The notes beneath the pieces are model-generated. The model saw nothing but the letters and a program-made list of their open reading frames with translations, was not told the DNA's origin and made no database searches. Both the position numbers and the translations under genes were made by a program. Below, one piece after another: positions 8,315 to 18,332 of a stretch of DNA of 64,000 nt. The number at the start of each line of letters is the position of its first letter. Positions within the stretch are counted from its first letter, which is position 1. Source of the stretch: an uncultured Roseivirgaceae bacterium (GTDB lineage: Bacteria; Bacteroidota; Bacteroidia; Cytophagales; Cyclobacteriaceae); assembly GCA_964398945.1 (NCBI GenBank), contig CAYNOT010000019.1, positions 34,443 through 98,442 of the forward strand, read 5' to 3'.

Positions 8315-11300
8315 TTAATAAGGAATAGATAGCCGGGATCACAAAAAGTGTAAGCACAGTGGCAAACATAAGCCCGCCAATAACAGCGATGCCCATCGAC
8401 ACCCTGCTTTCTGAACCCGTACCAAGTGCCAACGCAATTGGTAAAATCCCTAAAATAGTTGACATGCTGGTCATGAGGATAGGCCGGAAACGTGACACCG
8501 CAGCGCCAATAATCGCATCTCTGATCTGAAGCCCCTGCTCTTTCCGTTGATTTGCAAATTCAACAATCAAAATCCCGTTTTTAGTAACCAGGCCGATCAG
8601 CATGATCATCCCGATCTGGCTAAAAATGTTTATTGTCTGATTGAAGTACCATAGGGACAGCAGTGCGCCTGCCAGTGCCAACGGAACAGTAAACATGATG
8701 ATCAATGGGTCTTTAAAACTTTCAAACTGACCCGCCAATACCAGGTAAATGATCGCCAATGCCATTAAGAAAGCCAAATAAATGCTGGAAGAGCTTTCCA
8801 TAAACTCACGGGAGGCCCCATCGAGGCTGGTGGAATACGTTTCATCCAATACTTCACCCGCAATGCGTTCCATTTCAGCAATACCATCAGCAAGTGCTAC
8901 CCCGGGCGCGGTTTGCGCATTGATTTTTGCTGATGAATACCGGTTGAAACGATACAATTGTGGTGGGCTGCTTTGTTCCTCAACAGTTACCAAATTATCA
9001 AGCTGGATAATTTCACCCCTCCTGTTTCGTACATACAATGTGCGCAAGTCAAGCGGTTCGTTCCTGTCTTTTCTTTCTACCTGGCCAATGATCTGATATT
9101 GTTTTCCGTTCATGATAAAATATCCAAAACGTGTACCGCTCAATCCGAGTTGGAGCGTTTGGGAAATGTCAACGATATTGACACCAAGGTTACGCGCCTT
9201 TTCGCGATTGATGAGGATATTTATTTCAGGTTTTGTGAATTTCAGGTCAACATCTACATACGTAAACAATGGGCTTTCATTGGCCCTGTCTAAAAATGTT
9301 GGGATAACATCTTTTAGTTTTTCAATAGTGGATGCTTGAATAACAAACTGTACCGGGAATCCTCCCCGTCTATCACCGATGCTTTGTGATTGTGAAGTAT
9401 ACGTTCGAACGCCTGTAAATTTTTTTGCTTTTACGGTTATATCATCTACTATTTCCTGTTGTGTACGGGTGCGCTGGGATGGCGGCACCAATGTTACACG
9501 GAGAAACCCATTGTTCGTTGACCCTCGCCCGGTAATGCTCATGGTACTAAGCTGCTCGGGCACTTCCTCATTTATAAAGTCGGTCATGGCAATGATGTAT
9601 TCATCCATGTATTCAAAAGTTGCCCCCTCGGTAGCGGTGGCCTGAAAGCGGAATTCACTTCGGTCTTCCAGCGGTGAAAGTTCGGCAGGGAGGGAAGACC
9701 CGATGAGGTAGATCAACCCGAACGATGCCAGCATGATCACGATGGCAACCCACCTGTTCTTCATAAAGGACTTCAGTAAACCTGAGTAAATGTTTGTAAG
9801 GTATTGAAAGAAGGGTTCGGTTTTCCTGTAGAGCCAGGGCTGAACATCCCGTTTCCTCAAAATCTTGGAACTCATCATTGGGGTCAGCGTAAGGGAAACA
9901 AATGCTGAGATCACCACAGCACTGGCCACTACCAGGCCAAATTCCCGAAACAACCTTCCTGTTAATCCCTGAAGGAAAATCACCGGCAGGAACACGGCCA
10001 CAACCGCCACCGAAGTTGAAATTACCGCAAAGTAAATTTCGATAGCCCCTTGCCGCGCTGCTTCCTTGGGTTCCTGGCCAGCCTCCACTTTTGTGTAGAT
10101 ATTTTCCAATACCACAATGGCATCATCCACTACCAGGCCAATGGCCAATACAAGCCCGAGCATGGTAAGTACATTGATAGAAAAACCCAACAAGTACATC
10201 ACAAAGAATGAACCGATCAATGAAATGGGGATGGCAACAACCGGGATAAGCGTGGTCCGCCAATCGCGCAAGAACAAAAATATGACAATGAAGACAAGGC
10301 AAAATGCTATGATGATGGTCTCTTGTACTTCGGCAATGGAATCCCTGATATATTCGGTTGTATCCAAACTCATTACATGCCTGACATCACCGGGCAAATC
10401 CGTTTGGATCTGGTCAAGCTTTTCATACAAGCGGTCTGAGATTTCGATATTGTTGGCACCCGGCTGGGCAATAATTGCAATGGCCACACCGGGCATCCCA
10501 TCCCTGCGCAAAAGGGAGCGGTCATCTTCCGGATATAACTCTGCCCTTCCAATATCCTGAAAACGAACAACCTGGTTTCCATCCTCTTTAATAATCAACC
10601 GGTTAAAATCCTCAACCGAATTCAGCCTCCCCATTGTGCGTACGGTAAGCTCGGTATTTTGCCCCTCAACCCTTCCGGAAGGAAGTTCCACATTCTCTCG
10701 ATTGGTTGCCTGAAGAACATCTGAGGGGGTTAATCTATAACTCGCCAGCTTAATGGGATCCATCCACAACCGCATGGAATATCTTCGTTCCCCCCAAATG
10801 GCAACCGAACTGATTCCGGGAATTGTTTGCAGGCGTTCCTTATAATAAATCTCAGCAATGCGCGACAAGTCAAGCAAATCACGACTGGCACTCATTACTG
10901 TCAAGAAAATAATCGGTCGTGAATCTGCATCTGCCTTGGAAACTTCCGGGGGATCTACATCACGGGGAAGATTTCGAAGGGCGCCAGAAACTTTGTCACG
11001 AACATCATTTGCGGCTGCTTCTAAGTCGACACCCAATTCAAACTCTACGGTAATATTGCTTCTTCCTTCCCGGCTAACGGAGGTGATTGTCCGAATCCCT
11101 GCTATTCCATTTACTGCGTCTTCCAGCGGCTCGGTAATTTGCGATTCGATTACATCGGCATTTGCACCGGTATAAGAAGTTGAAACGGTAATCACAGGCG
11201 GGTCCACACTTGGAAATTCCCGGACGCCTAAGTAACTAAACCCGATTACCCCAAAAAGCATAATTACCAACGACATCACGATGGCAAGGACGGGCCGGTT

Positions 11301-11327
11301 GATACTGATGGTTGAAAGGCTTGCCAT
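8283..11327 (-). CDS. efflux RND transporter permease (AcrB/AcrD/AcrF family)
   Basis: 1014 aa with 12-TM RND topology and conserved VVDDAIVVLENI and GLVTKNGILIVEF segments. Confidence 0.95.
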   Translation of the reverse strand: MASLSTISINRPVLAIVMSLVIMLFGVIGFSYLGVREFPSVDPPVITVSTSYTGANADVIESQITEPLEDAVNGIAGIRTITSVSREGRSNITVEFELGVDLEAAANDVRDKVSGALRNLPRDVDPPEVSKADADSRPIIFLTVMSASRDLLDLSRIAEIYYKERLQTIPGISSVAIWGERRYSMRLWMDPIKLASYRLTPSDVLQATNRENVELPSGRVEGQNTELTVRTMGRLNSVEDFNRLIIKEDGNQVVRFQDIGRAELYPEDDRSLLRRDGMPGVAIAIIAQPGANNIEISDRLYEKLDQIQTDLPGDVRHVMSLDTTEYIRDSIAEVQETIIIAFCLVFIVIFLFLRDWRTTLIPVVAIPISLIGSFFVMYLLGFSINVLTMLGLVLAIGLVVDDAIVVLENIYTKVEAGQEPKEAARQGAIEIYFAVISTSVAVVAVFLPVIFLQGLTGRLFREFGLVVASAVVISAFVSLTLTPMMSSKILRKRDVQPWLYRKTEPFFQYLTNIYSGLLKSFMKNRWVAIVIMLASFGLIYLIGSSLPAELSPLEDRSEFRFQATATEGATFEYMDEYIIAMTDFINEEVPEQLSTMSITGRGSTNNGFLRVTLVPPSQRTRTQQEIVDDITVKAKKFTGVRTYTSQSQSIGDRRGGFPVQFVIQASTIEKLKDVIPTFLDRANESPLFTYVDVDLKFTKPEINILINREKARNLGVNIVDISQTLQLGLSGTRFGYFIMNGKQYQIIGQVERKDRNEPLDLRTLYVRNRRGEIIQLDNLVTVEEQSSPPQLYRFNRYSSAKINAQTAPGVALADGIAEMERIAGEVLDETYSTSLDGASREFMESSSSIYLAFLMALAIIYLVLAGQFESFKDPLIIMFTVPLALAGALLSLWYFNQTINIFSQIGMIMLIGLVTKNGILIVEFANQRKEQGLQIRDAIIGAAVSRFRPILMTSMSTILGILPIALALGTGSESRVSMGIAVIGGLMFATVLTLFVIPAIYSLLSEKHGRHAVE

Positions 11328-11334
11328 GATTTTT

Positions 11335-12399
11335 TTATTTGATCTTTACTACATCAACGTGCATACCGGGGCGCAACTGAAGCAATCCTGTTGTGATGAG
11401 TGTGTCCCCCGTTTTCAACCCCGACAATATCTCCAATGCTAAATTTGTCCGGATGCCTGTTTGCACAGTAACCTCTTTTGCTTTACCGTCTTCTTTTATA
11501 AAAACTTTATGGCCGTTCATTACCGGTATTACGGCCTCAGTAGGAATTAAGATTGCATTGTCAATGGTTTCGAGTATCAATTCCACACGTACAAATTGCC
11601 CGGGCAACAACAATCCTTTTGTGTTATCAGCCAAGGCACGAACTTTTAAAGTACGTGTATTCGGATCGATTTGAGGTTCGATTGCATATACCGATCCTTC
11701 CAATTCCTGGTCGTTGTTCTCAATACTGAATTTTATTTTCTGGCCAATCTTTACTTGCGTGCTATATCGGCCGGCAACCGAAAACTCGATCTTTGCAGGG
11801 TTTATATTATAGAGTGTTGCAATAACAGAGTTCGGGGAAATAAACGCACCTTCACTAACATACCGTAATCCAATAATGCCATTAAAAGGTGCCCGGATCC
11901 TGGTTTTGGCGAGTTGGGCCTCCAACAGTTTAATATCTGCTTCTGTTGTTTTTAACCGGTTGAATGCATTATCGTACTCTTCCTGGCTAATGGCGTCCCT
12001 TTCCAACAACTTTACCTGTCGTGCTTCAATGTCTGTGTACAGCTTTTGATTATGGCGTTGTTTTTCGAGCTGCGCTTCAATTTCATCATCATTGATGTGA
12101 ACGAGCAAGTCACCTTTGGAAACACGTTTGCCTTCCTGAAAGGATATGTTCGTGATCTTGCCGGAAACTTCGCCTTTTATTTCGAGTGATTCATTGGCGA
12201 ACACAGATCCCGTTACAATCACACGGTTGCTCAGTTCCCCCGTTTTTATAATCTCCACTTCAACCGGAAGTTGTTCATTCTGGCTACCTGCTTTGTTGCC
12301 ATCGGCCGGTTTTTTATCGCCAAACAAATTCAACTTCGGTATTACCAGCACGGCTATCACGGCAATAACAACTGCTCCTGTAATAATCTTCTTTTTCAT
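11335..12399 (-). CDS. efflux RND periplasmic adaptor subunit (HlyD/MFP family)
   Basis: N-terminal anchor, coiled-coil hairpin and beta-barrel pattern. Immediately upstream of the RND pump. Confidence 0.9.
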   Translation of the reverse strand: MKKKIITGAVVIAVIAVLVIPKLNLFGDKKPADGNKAGSQNEQLPVEVEIIKTGELSNRVIVTGSVFANESLEIKGEVSGKITNISFQEGKRVSKGDLLVHINDDEIEAQLEKQRHNQKLYTDIEARQVKLLERDAISQEEYDNAFNRLKTTEADIKLLEAQLAKTRIRAPFNGIIGLRYVSEGAFISPNSVIATLYNINPAKIEFSVAGRYSTQVKIGQKIKFSIENNDQELEGSVYAIEPQIDPNTRTLKVRALADNTKGLLLPGQFVRVELILETIDNAILIPTEAVIPVMNGHKVFIKEDGKAKEVTVQTGIRTNLALEILSGLKTGDTLITTGLLQLRPGMHVDVVKIK

Positions 12400-12500
12400 G
12401 TGTTAATACATACTTTTAAGTGGCCACATGCCTGCTGCCGACAGCCAGGGAATCGCATCTTCGCTTCCAATTTTTCTCGTTCGTAAACTGCATGGCCCTT

Positions 12501-13103
12501 TCATTGTCCCTCCTTACCTAAAAATCGTTGATGAAGCTTCAACACTTGTGGTATCACCGGTTGTGTGTCGTCATTAACAATAACAAAATCAGCACGTTCT
12601 AATTTTTCAACTTCACTCATCTGGTTCTTTATGATATTCTTCACTTCCACTTCCGTACGCTGCGGATCGCGTTTCAACACGCGTGCAATGCGCAGCGCTT
12701 CGGGCGCACTCACCACAATCACATGATCGTGGCGTTTTGCAGATCCCGATTCAAAAAGCAATGCAGCCTCCCGAATAACATAGGGATGCATCAAATGCTT
12801 TTCCACCCACTGTTCGTAATCGACTGCAACACGCGGATGAACCAAAGAATTCAAAATCTTTAATTTTTCATCGTTGTAAAAAACAACGCTTCTCATAAAC
12901 CCACGGTTCAAGCTTCCATCGCTATGGTACGACAATGATCCGAATTCTTTTTTGATTGCATCGACAAGTATTCCATCTGTGGTCATTAACCTTTTCGCTC
13001 GGCTATCTGCATCATAGGAAGGTGTACCCAGGCAATTGAACATTTTGCAGATGAGGCTTTTTCCCGAGCCTATTCCTCCCGTTATCCCGATTTGAAGTGC
13101 CAT
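12501..13103 (-). CDS. coaE: dephospho-CoA kinase
   Basis: GITGGIGSGKS P-loop at the N-terminus, 200 aa. Confidence 0.9.
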   Translation of the reverse strand: MALQIGITGGIGSGKSLICKMFNCLGTPSYDADSRAKRLMTTDGILVDAIKKEFGSLSYHSDGSLNRGFMRSVVFYNDEKLKILNSLVHPRVAVDYEQWVEKHLMHPYVIREAALLFESGSAKRHDHVIVVSAPEALRIARVLKRDPQRTEVEVKNIIKNQMSEVEKLERADFVIVNDDTQPVIPQVLKLHQRFLGKEGQ

Positions 13104-13111
13104 GTTTTGGA

Positions 13112-14053
13112 TTAGTAATTGATACTAACTGAGTCGATGTGGACTGCCGTCACAAAGTTGGGAAGACCAACCACTTTAGGGGCAACTTTCATTTTGCCTC
13201 TTTGGAAGCCTTTCAAATCAATTACTGCTTTGATGGAATCCGGACGAAAACGGTCGACTGATTTTTCGCCCATCCGGAATGTACAGGCAATTTTTTCGAT
13301 TGAATAGACTGCCCTGTTGGTAGTGGGCACATTTATCAGTTCCAACGCAATGGTATCAACAACGTCTACCAATTTGTCAACCAAAAAAGTTATCTGGACG
13401 GTAGGTGGGTCCCTTTTAATTGCAGGTGAGGCAAAAACCACTTCAACATCCCCTTTAAAATTCTTGTTGATACCTTCCTCCGCAAGTACCATGTTGTAGG
13501 GCTCAATGATGGCCGTGACCATCCCAATGGGGCCTTCTATAAAAATAGAATCAGGCACAATCTTCACCTCACTTTGGATTCCATATTGGGGATCGAGGTT
13601 CTTCGATACCGAATCTACCTGAAGGGTAACCCACCGGCCTGCTTTTGGTTCAATATGAACAAATAGCGTGTCCGTGAGCACAAAGTTTATCTTCATCTCG
13701 GCCAATTGGTCCGCAATAAAGCCAGGCAACGTACTGCCTACTATCTTTTTAACTTCAGAGGGCCGCTCCAACGGGATCAGGAGCGAGGGGAGGTTAATGC
13801 CAAGGCTTCTCCGAAAAAGATTCCACCCAACACCTGTAACATTGAGTGAAATCTCTTCCGGCAAAGGCTCTACATTAACGTAGTTTTTATTGTTGTAATC
13901 AAAGACAATTGGAAAATTTAAGTTGGTGGTATATTCTTTGTTCAGCGCATTGAAGAACCAAAATACCGTTGCCGCAAAAATGCTCAACACGACTGCCTTC
14001 CAATTTCTATCATTGAAACGGAGAAAGTTGAATATGGACTTGACCCAACTCAT
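13112..14053 (-). CDS. YbbR-like domain-containing protein
   Basis: N-terminal TM segment and the conserved position between yajC and coaE seen in Bacteroidota. No catalytic motif visible. Confidence 0.55.
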   Translation of the reverse strand: MSWVKSIFNFLRFNDRNWKAVVLSIFAATVFWFFNALNKEYTTNLNFPIVFDYNNKNYVNVEPLPEEISLNVTGVGWNLFRRSLGINLPSLLIPLERPSEVKKIVGSTLPGFIADQLAEMKINFVLTDTLFVHIEPKAGRWVTLQVDSVSKNLDPQYGIQSEVKIVPDSIFIEGPIGMVTAIIEPYNMVLAEEGINKNFKGDVEVVFASPAIKRDPPTVQITFLVDKLVDVVDTIALELINVPTTNRAVYSIEKIACTFRMGEKSVDRFRPDSIKAVIDLKGFQRGKMKVAPKVVGLPNFVTAVHIDSVSINY

Positions 14054-14062
14054 TTCATTTTT

Positions 14063-14368
14063 TTACTTTTTAACGGTTCCCTTTGTAGATTCCATAGAAA
14101 TAGCAGACTTTGAAAATTTAATACGTCCACCTTTCTCTACTTCCAAGATGATCGCATCGCCTTCGATCTCAGCGATTCTCCCGTGAATGCCACCGATCGT
14201 CACTACCTGGTCACCCTTTTTTACTTCTTCAATAAATTTCTTTTGTTCTTTTTGCTTTTTCTGCTGCGGACGGATCATAAAAAAGTAGAACACGAAAATA
14301 ATACCACCAAATATGATGTATTGAAAATACTGGTTCTGTGGTTGGGCTTGTACTAAGATTGAAAACAT
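14063..14368 (-). CDS. yajC: preprotein translocase subunit YajC
   Basis: Single TM then RPQQKKQKE...GDQVVTIGGIHGRI, the typical YajC core. Confidence 0.9.
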   Translation of the reverse strand: MFSILVQAQPQNQYFQYIIFGGIIFVFYFFMIRPQQKKQKEQKKFIEEVKKGDQVVTIGGIHGRIAEIEGDAIILEVEKGGRIKFSKSAISMESTKGTVKK

Positions 14369-14407
14369 AATTATTGATTTTAAGACGGCAAGTTATTTAT
14401 TATTATA

Positions 14408-14442
14408 CAAAAAATCCCCAATTGTTTTGCAAGAGGGGATTT
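14408..14442 (-). terminator. rho-independent terminator after the DUF1573 gene
   Basis: AAAATCCCC (14410-14418) pairs with GGGGATTTT (14434-14442). On the minus strand the stem runs into a T tract. Confidence 0.6.
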
Positions 14443-14462
14443 TAAGTGAAATGAATTTCCTT

Positions 14463-15008
14463 TTACTGCTTTAGCGGACCGGCATCAGCGGATGGTTTTG
14501 GTTTTACCATTGCTTTGAACCTGATGATTTTTGTCGTAGGCCATGCATTGGTGGTAACCGTAATGGTTTTATTCTGCATGTTCGGTTTACCATTGCTATC
14601 GAAAGATGCTTTAACAAAACCTGTTCCGCCAACAGGAATAGGTTCTTTGCTCCAATCAGGAACTGTGCAACCACACGAAGGTTGGGCATTTTGTATGATC
14701 AAAGGAGCCTCCCCTGTATTCTTAAATGTATACGTGTGTTCCACAACTTGTCCTTCGTTGATTGTACCGAAGTCAAAATCTTCGGTTTCAAAATCGATTG
14801 CTGGTAGTGGCCCGTCCGGCTTTTCTGCAGGAGCAGCAGGAGTAGTGGCAACAGGTGTTGCGGCAGGTATGCTTTTACCTTCAATTTCTGCTAAGCGGCT
14901 TTCCAACTCAGCAATTTTTTTCTCAGCATCACTATTTTTACATCCGGTTGCCGCAAATGCAACAAGTGCTACAATCATCCAAACATTTCTCATTATTTTC
15001 ATCATCAT
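14463..15008 (-). CDS. DUF1573 domain-containing lipoprotein
   Basis: Lipobox AATGC and the conserved SCGCTVPDW motif of DUF1573. Confidence 0.85.
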   Translation of the reverse strand: MMMKIMRNVWMIVALVAFAATGCKNSDAEKKIAELESRLAEIEGKSIPAATPVATTPAAPAEKPDGPLPAIDFETEDFDFGTINEGQVVEHTYTFKNTGEAPLIIQNAQPSCGCTVPDWSKEPIPVGGTGFVKASFDSNGKPNMQNKTITVTTNAWPTTKIIRFKAMVKPKPSADAGPLKQ

Positions 15009-15021
15009 TAAATTTTACGAT

Positions 15022-15330
15022 TTAACTTTTCTTTCCACGTATTTGTTCCAATAATTCATCTACATCACCTAAAAGTTGTTCGGCTTTGTTCTTGGTTTCT
15101 TCCACCACTTTATTGCCCAGCGATTTTGCTTCTGTTGTCAGCGGGGTTTCCTTTCCGGAAATCAAATCATCCAACATTTGCTGAAGGATGTCCCTATACT
15201 TATCCAACTGAAAGGACAGCTTTTCGCGCGTGCTGGAACCTTTGTCAGGTGCATATAAAATGCCGATGGCTGCACCTGCTGCTGCTCCCAGAAGGAAGGC
15301 CAATAATGTATTTCCGCTTTTCTTGCTCAT
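15022..15330 (-). CDS. YtxH domain-containing protein
   Basis: N-terminal GAAAGAAIGILYAPDKG motif, 102 aa. Confidence 0.8.
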   Translation of the reverse strand: MSKKSGNTLLAFLLGAAAGAAIGILYAPDKGSSTREKLSFQLDKYRDILQQMLDDLISGKETPLTTEAKSLGNKVVEETKNKAEQLLGDVDELLEQIRGKKS

Positions 15331-15461
15331 AAGGTTACAAATTTACTTAGTACGAGGTTGTAAATGCAAAATTTAACGAATTTTTAACAATCACCAGAAT
15401 TAATTGGCGAATTGGTCAATTTCCGGAGCGCTCAATTAATTATAAATCAGTAATCAGGAAA

Positions 15462-16601
15462 TTATTTATTGTCAATCAGTCCGCGGCCACTTTTCTTTAA
15501 TTCGCCACGCTTTTGTAGTGCTTTCGCGATTACATCCAAAATACCGTTGATGAACTGTGGGCTTTTGGGTGTGCTGTACTGCTTTGTAAGCTCAATGTAT
15601 TCATTGATGGTCACCTTTACCGGAATCGATGGGAAATTGATCAACTCTACAATGCCCATTTCCAAAATAATCCGATCAGTCAATGGCAACCGCTCTACTT
15701 CCCAATTTCGTGTATTCTGTGCAATCAATTCTTTATGGTCTGCACTGAGTTCGTTTGCTTTCGTGAAAAGTGTTTCAATAAACTGACGGTCATCTTCCCA
15801 ATTGACAGACAAGGTATGCAGTTGGATATCGTCCTGGCTTTCGGGATGAAACGACTTTACCGTTTTGTCAACCATGCCGCGCACAATTTCTTTGTCTTCC
15901 GTCCAGTGCAATACTTCCTCTTCTAAATAGGAATTGATCACGGTCTTTTTGCCAAGGATAATTTTCCTGAAAAAATGGTTGATAAATTTTTTCTGCTCTT
16001 CGATTGTGACATCGCTTTTATCAAAGTATGCCAGGTATTCTGCATCAGTCCGGACACCTTCCTTAAACCAGGTGCGGATCAAATCAAATTTCGTTGACCA
16101 ATCGCGATTACGCTTCTTCCCTTCCAGCGCCAGGATGTCACTTTTACTGAGTGCCTTTATCCACGCATTGTCCAAAAACAATTGATGGTCAATTCTTTTA
16201 TCACTTCCGGCCGCGCGGGCAAACGCCCCTGCCAGATTCAATACTGCGATGTAGATGTCATAGATTTTCTCAACATCCAACACGAGTTGTTTCAAAAGGA
16301 AAGAAGTGTCTTTTCTGGTCTGGACATCATACTGCGATTGGCACTCCGCTAAAACCTTAGCGATTCTTTCTTCGGCTATCGGGTTGGGTTTGCCCCCTTC
16401 GAAGCGGTGTTCAAATTCTTTAAGGGCTTGATTGGTCAGGTTTTTCAAAAGTCCCTTGTCCTGGACTTCCATGGAATTAAGATCGGGCAGAAAACGCTCT
16501 TTGATCAGGTCTAAACAAAGTAAATAATTGGCTTCCTTGCATTGGTGCAAGCTGAACAAGCTTTGCATTACTTTGATGCGCAGGTTTCTTCTATTGAGCA
16601 T
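15462..16601 (-). CDS. nusB: transcription antitermination factor NusB (long Bacteroidota form)
   Basis: MLNRRNLRIKVMQSLF N-terminus and a C-terminal NusB fold segment (ERLPLTDRIILEMGIVEL...INEYIELTK...FINGILD). Confidence 0.85.
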   Translation of the reverse strand: MLNRRNLRIKVMQSLFSLHQCKEANYLLCLDLIKERFLPDLNSMEVQDKGLLKNLTNQALKEFEHRFEGGKPNPIAEERIAKVLAECQSQYDVQTRKDTSFLLKQLVLDVEKIYDIYIAVLNLAGAFARAAGSDKRIDHQLFLDNAWIKALSKSDILALEGKKRNRDWSTKFDLIRTWFKEGVRTDAEYLAYFDKSDVTIEEQKKFINHFFRKIILGKKTVINSYLEEEVLHWTEDKEIVRGMVDKTVKSFHPESQDDIQLHTLSVNWEDDRQFIETLFTKANELSADHKELIAQNTRNWEVERLPLTDRIILEMGIVELINFPSIPVKVTINEYIELTKQYSTPKSPQFINGILDVIAKALQKRGELKKSGRGLIDNK

Positions 16602-16640
16602 ATTCTAAATCAAAGAACGGATAAATCTTAAAACTGCCGT

Positions 16641-16677
16641 AAAAATAAACATCCCGTCAGCAGGAACCAACGGGATG
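16641..16677 (-). terminator. rho-independent terminator-like hairpin
   Basis: CATCCCGT (16650-16657) pairs with ACGGGATG (16670-16677), 12-nt loop. On the minus strand it is followed by TTTATTTTT. It lies about 260 nt downstream of the dehydrogenase stop. Confidence 0.5.
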
Positions 16678-16934
16678 TACTATAAACAATTGGAATTATT
16701 TTTAATGATAGTCTACAAAGATACCCAACGGTCAGAGACTACTATGTCTACTCATACAAAGGGATTCTTTTGCGAGCTATTTATTTTGATGTGCGACTGC
16801 GAACTAATTGTAACATGCCCGCTATGCAGCGCACATCAACTGTACACTACCTTAGAACAATAAATCCCGGGCTATAAAAAGGTATTCCTTAAATTTTAGC
16901 TTGGATATGTTTGCGGGATTATCGGATCTACTTT

Positions 16935-18035
16935 TTATCGGGAAATCCTGATTCTTCCTACTTCATTAATCCTTTTCTCACAAAGCTTAATGGCCGCTTC
17001 CTGGCTGGTGATCTTTTCTTCTTCGGCCAGGTTGAGGATATTCAAACAAGTGGTGTATATTTTTTCAGCATGTTCGAATACACGCGCACGATTATAACCA
17101 CCCAGATATTCGTTATAAACATTGATCAAACCCCCAGCGTTGATCAGGAAATCAGGCGCATAAACAATTGATTTGTCGATCAGCATATAACCATGCTTTC
17201 TTTCTTCCATCAATTGATTATTGGCTGCTCCTGCAATAATGCTACACTTCAAACGCGGAATGGTAAGATCATTAAGCGTTGCGCCCAATGCACAGGGCGC
17301 ATATATGTCCATGTCCAAATCATAGATAGCATCCTGGCCTACAGTCTTCACTCCAAACTTCGTGGCGATGGTATTTACTTTATCTTCATACAGGTCGGTG
17401 ATATACACATTGGCTTTCTCTTTCACCAGGTACTCTACCAAATACATCCCTACCTGCCCAACACCTTGCACACCAATCGTTCTTCCTTCGAGACTATCGG
17501 TACCAAATACTTTTTTTGCGGTGGCCTTCATCCCCATGTATACTCCGTATGCGGTCACAGGGGAAGGATCGCCTCCACCACCCATTGATTCGGGCAAACC
17601 GGTAACATGTTTTGTTTCCATGGAGATATATTCCATGTCCTGGGTTTTCATATTTACATCTTCGGCTGTGATGTACTTCCCGTTAAGGCTGTTTACAAAC
17701 TTTCCGAACCTGCGCATAAACGCTTCGTTCTTTTGGGTTTTTGCATCACCAATGATCACGGCCTTTCCTCCACCAAGGTTTAACCCGGTGATTGCGGCTT
17801 TGTACGTCATGCCCCGTGATAAGCGAAGCACATCGGTAATGGCTTCTTGTTCCGTTGCATAGTTCCACATACGTGTACCGCCAAGCGCTGGCCCCAACGC
17901 TGTGTTGTGAATCCCGATGAGGGCTTTTAAACCCGTGGCTTCATCATTACAGAAAACGAGTTGCTCGTGTTCCAAATTTGTGAGCTTGTCAAAGATCCCA
18001 ACCTGTTCCGCTTTTTCACGTTCTTTAATCTCCAT
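16935..18035 (-). CDS. Leu/Phe/Val dehydrogenase (Glu/Leu/Phe/Val dehydrogenase family)
   Basis: GLNLGGGKAVI catalytic-Lys motif and GVQGVGQVG NAD-binding motif, 366 aa. Confidence 0.9.
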   Translation of the reverse strand: MEIKEREKAEQVGIFDKLTNLEHEQLVFCNDEATGLKALIGIHNTALGPALGGTRMWNYATEQEAITDVLRLSRGMTYKAAITGLNLGGGKAVIIGDAKTQKNEAFMRRFGKFVNSLNGKYITAEDVNMKTQDMEYISMETKHVTGLPESMGGGGDPSPVTAYGVYMGMKATAKKVFGTDSLEGRTIGVQGVGQVGMYLVEYLVKEKANVYITDLYEDKVNTIATKFGVKTVGQDAIYDLDMDIYAPCALGATLNDLTIPRLKCSIIAGAANNQLMEERKHGYMLIDKSIVYAPDFLINAGGLINVYNEYLGGYNRARVFEHAEKIYTTCLNILNLAEEEKITSQEAAIKLCEKRINEVGRIRISR

Positions 18036-18332
18036 ATAATTGATTGATTAGTTCGATTTGTTTGTTGTAGTTTTGAAGCCATCAAAGATTTGTCAAAACG
18101 TACCCATTACGGATGCAAAATTATTCCTTTTATCAGAGTTTTTCAATGGTTTCAAACGTTTGCATAAACTACTGCGAGGATATTTCGTATTCGTGTAAAT
18201 TGGCCGAACATTATTCCATAAAAAGCCGTTGACACAAGATTTAAGAGTTATTTTAATTCCGGAAAAAACGGATCAAATAAACCATTACATCAGACATTTG
18301 GGTCTCGGAACAAAAAAACAGGGGAGCAATAA

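Noticed and set aside
10117-10560. 147-aa plus-strand ORF inside the RND pump gene, and several similar ORFs from 8782 to 11175
   Set aside because: All are antisense to a 1014-aa AcrB-family gene with clear conserved motifs. They are typical shadow ORFs.
14515-15054. 179-aa plus-strand ORF
   Set aside because: Antisense to the DUF1573 lipoprotein gene, which has the diagnostic SCGCTVPDW motif. The plus-strand product is low-complexity with no motif.
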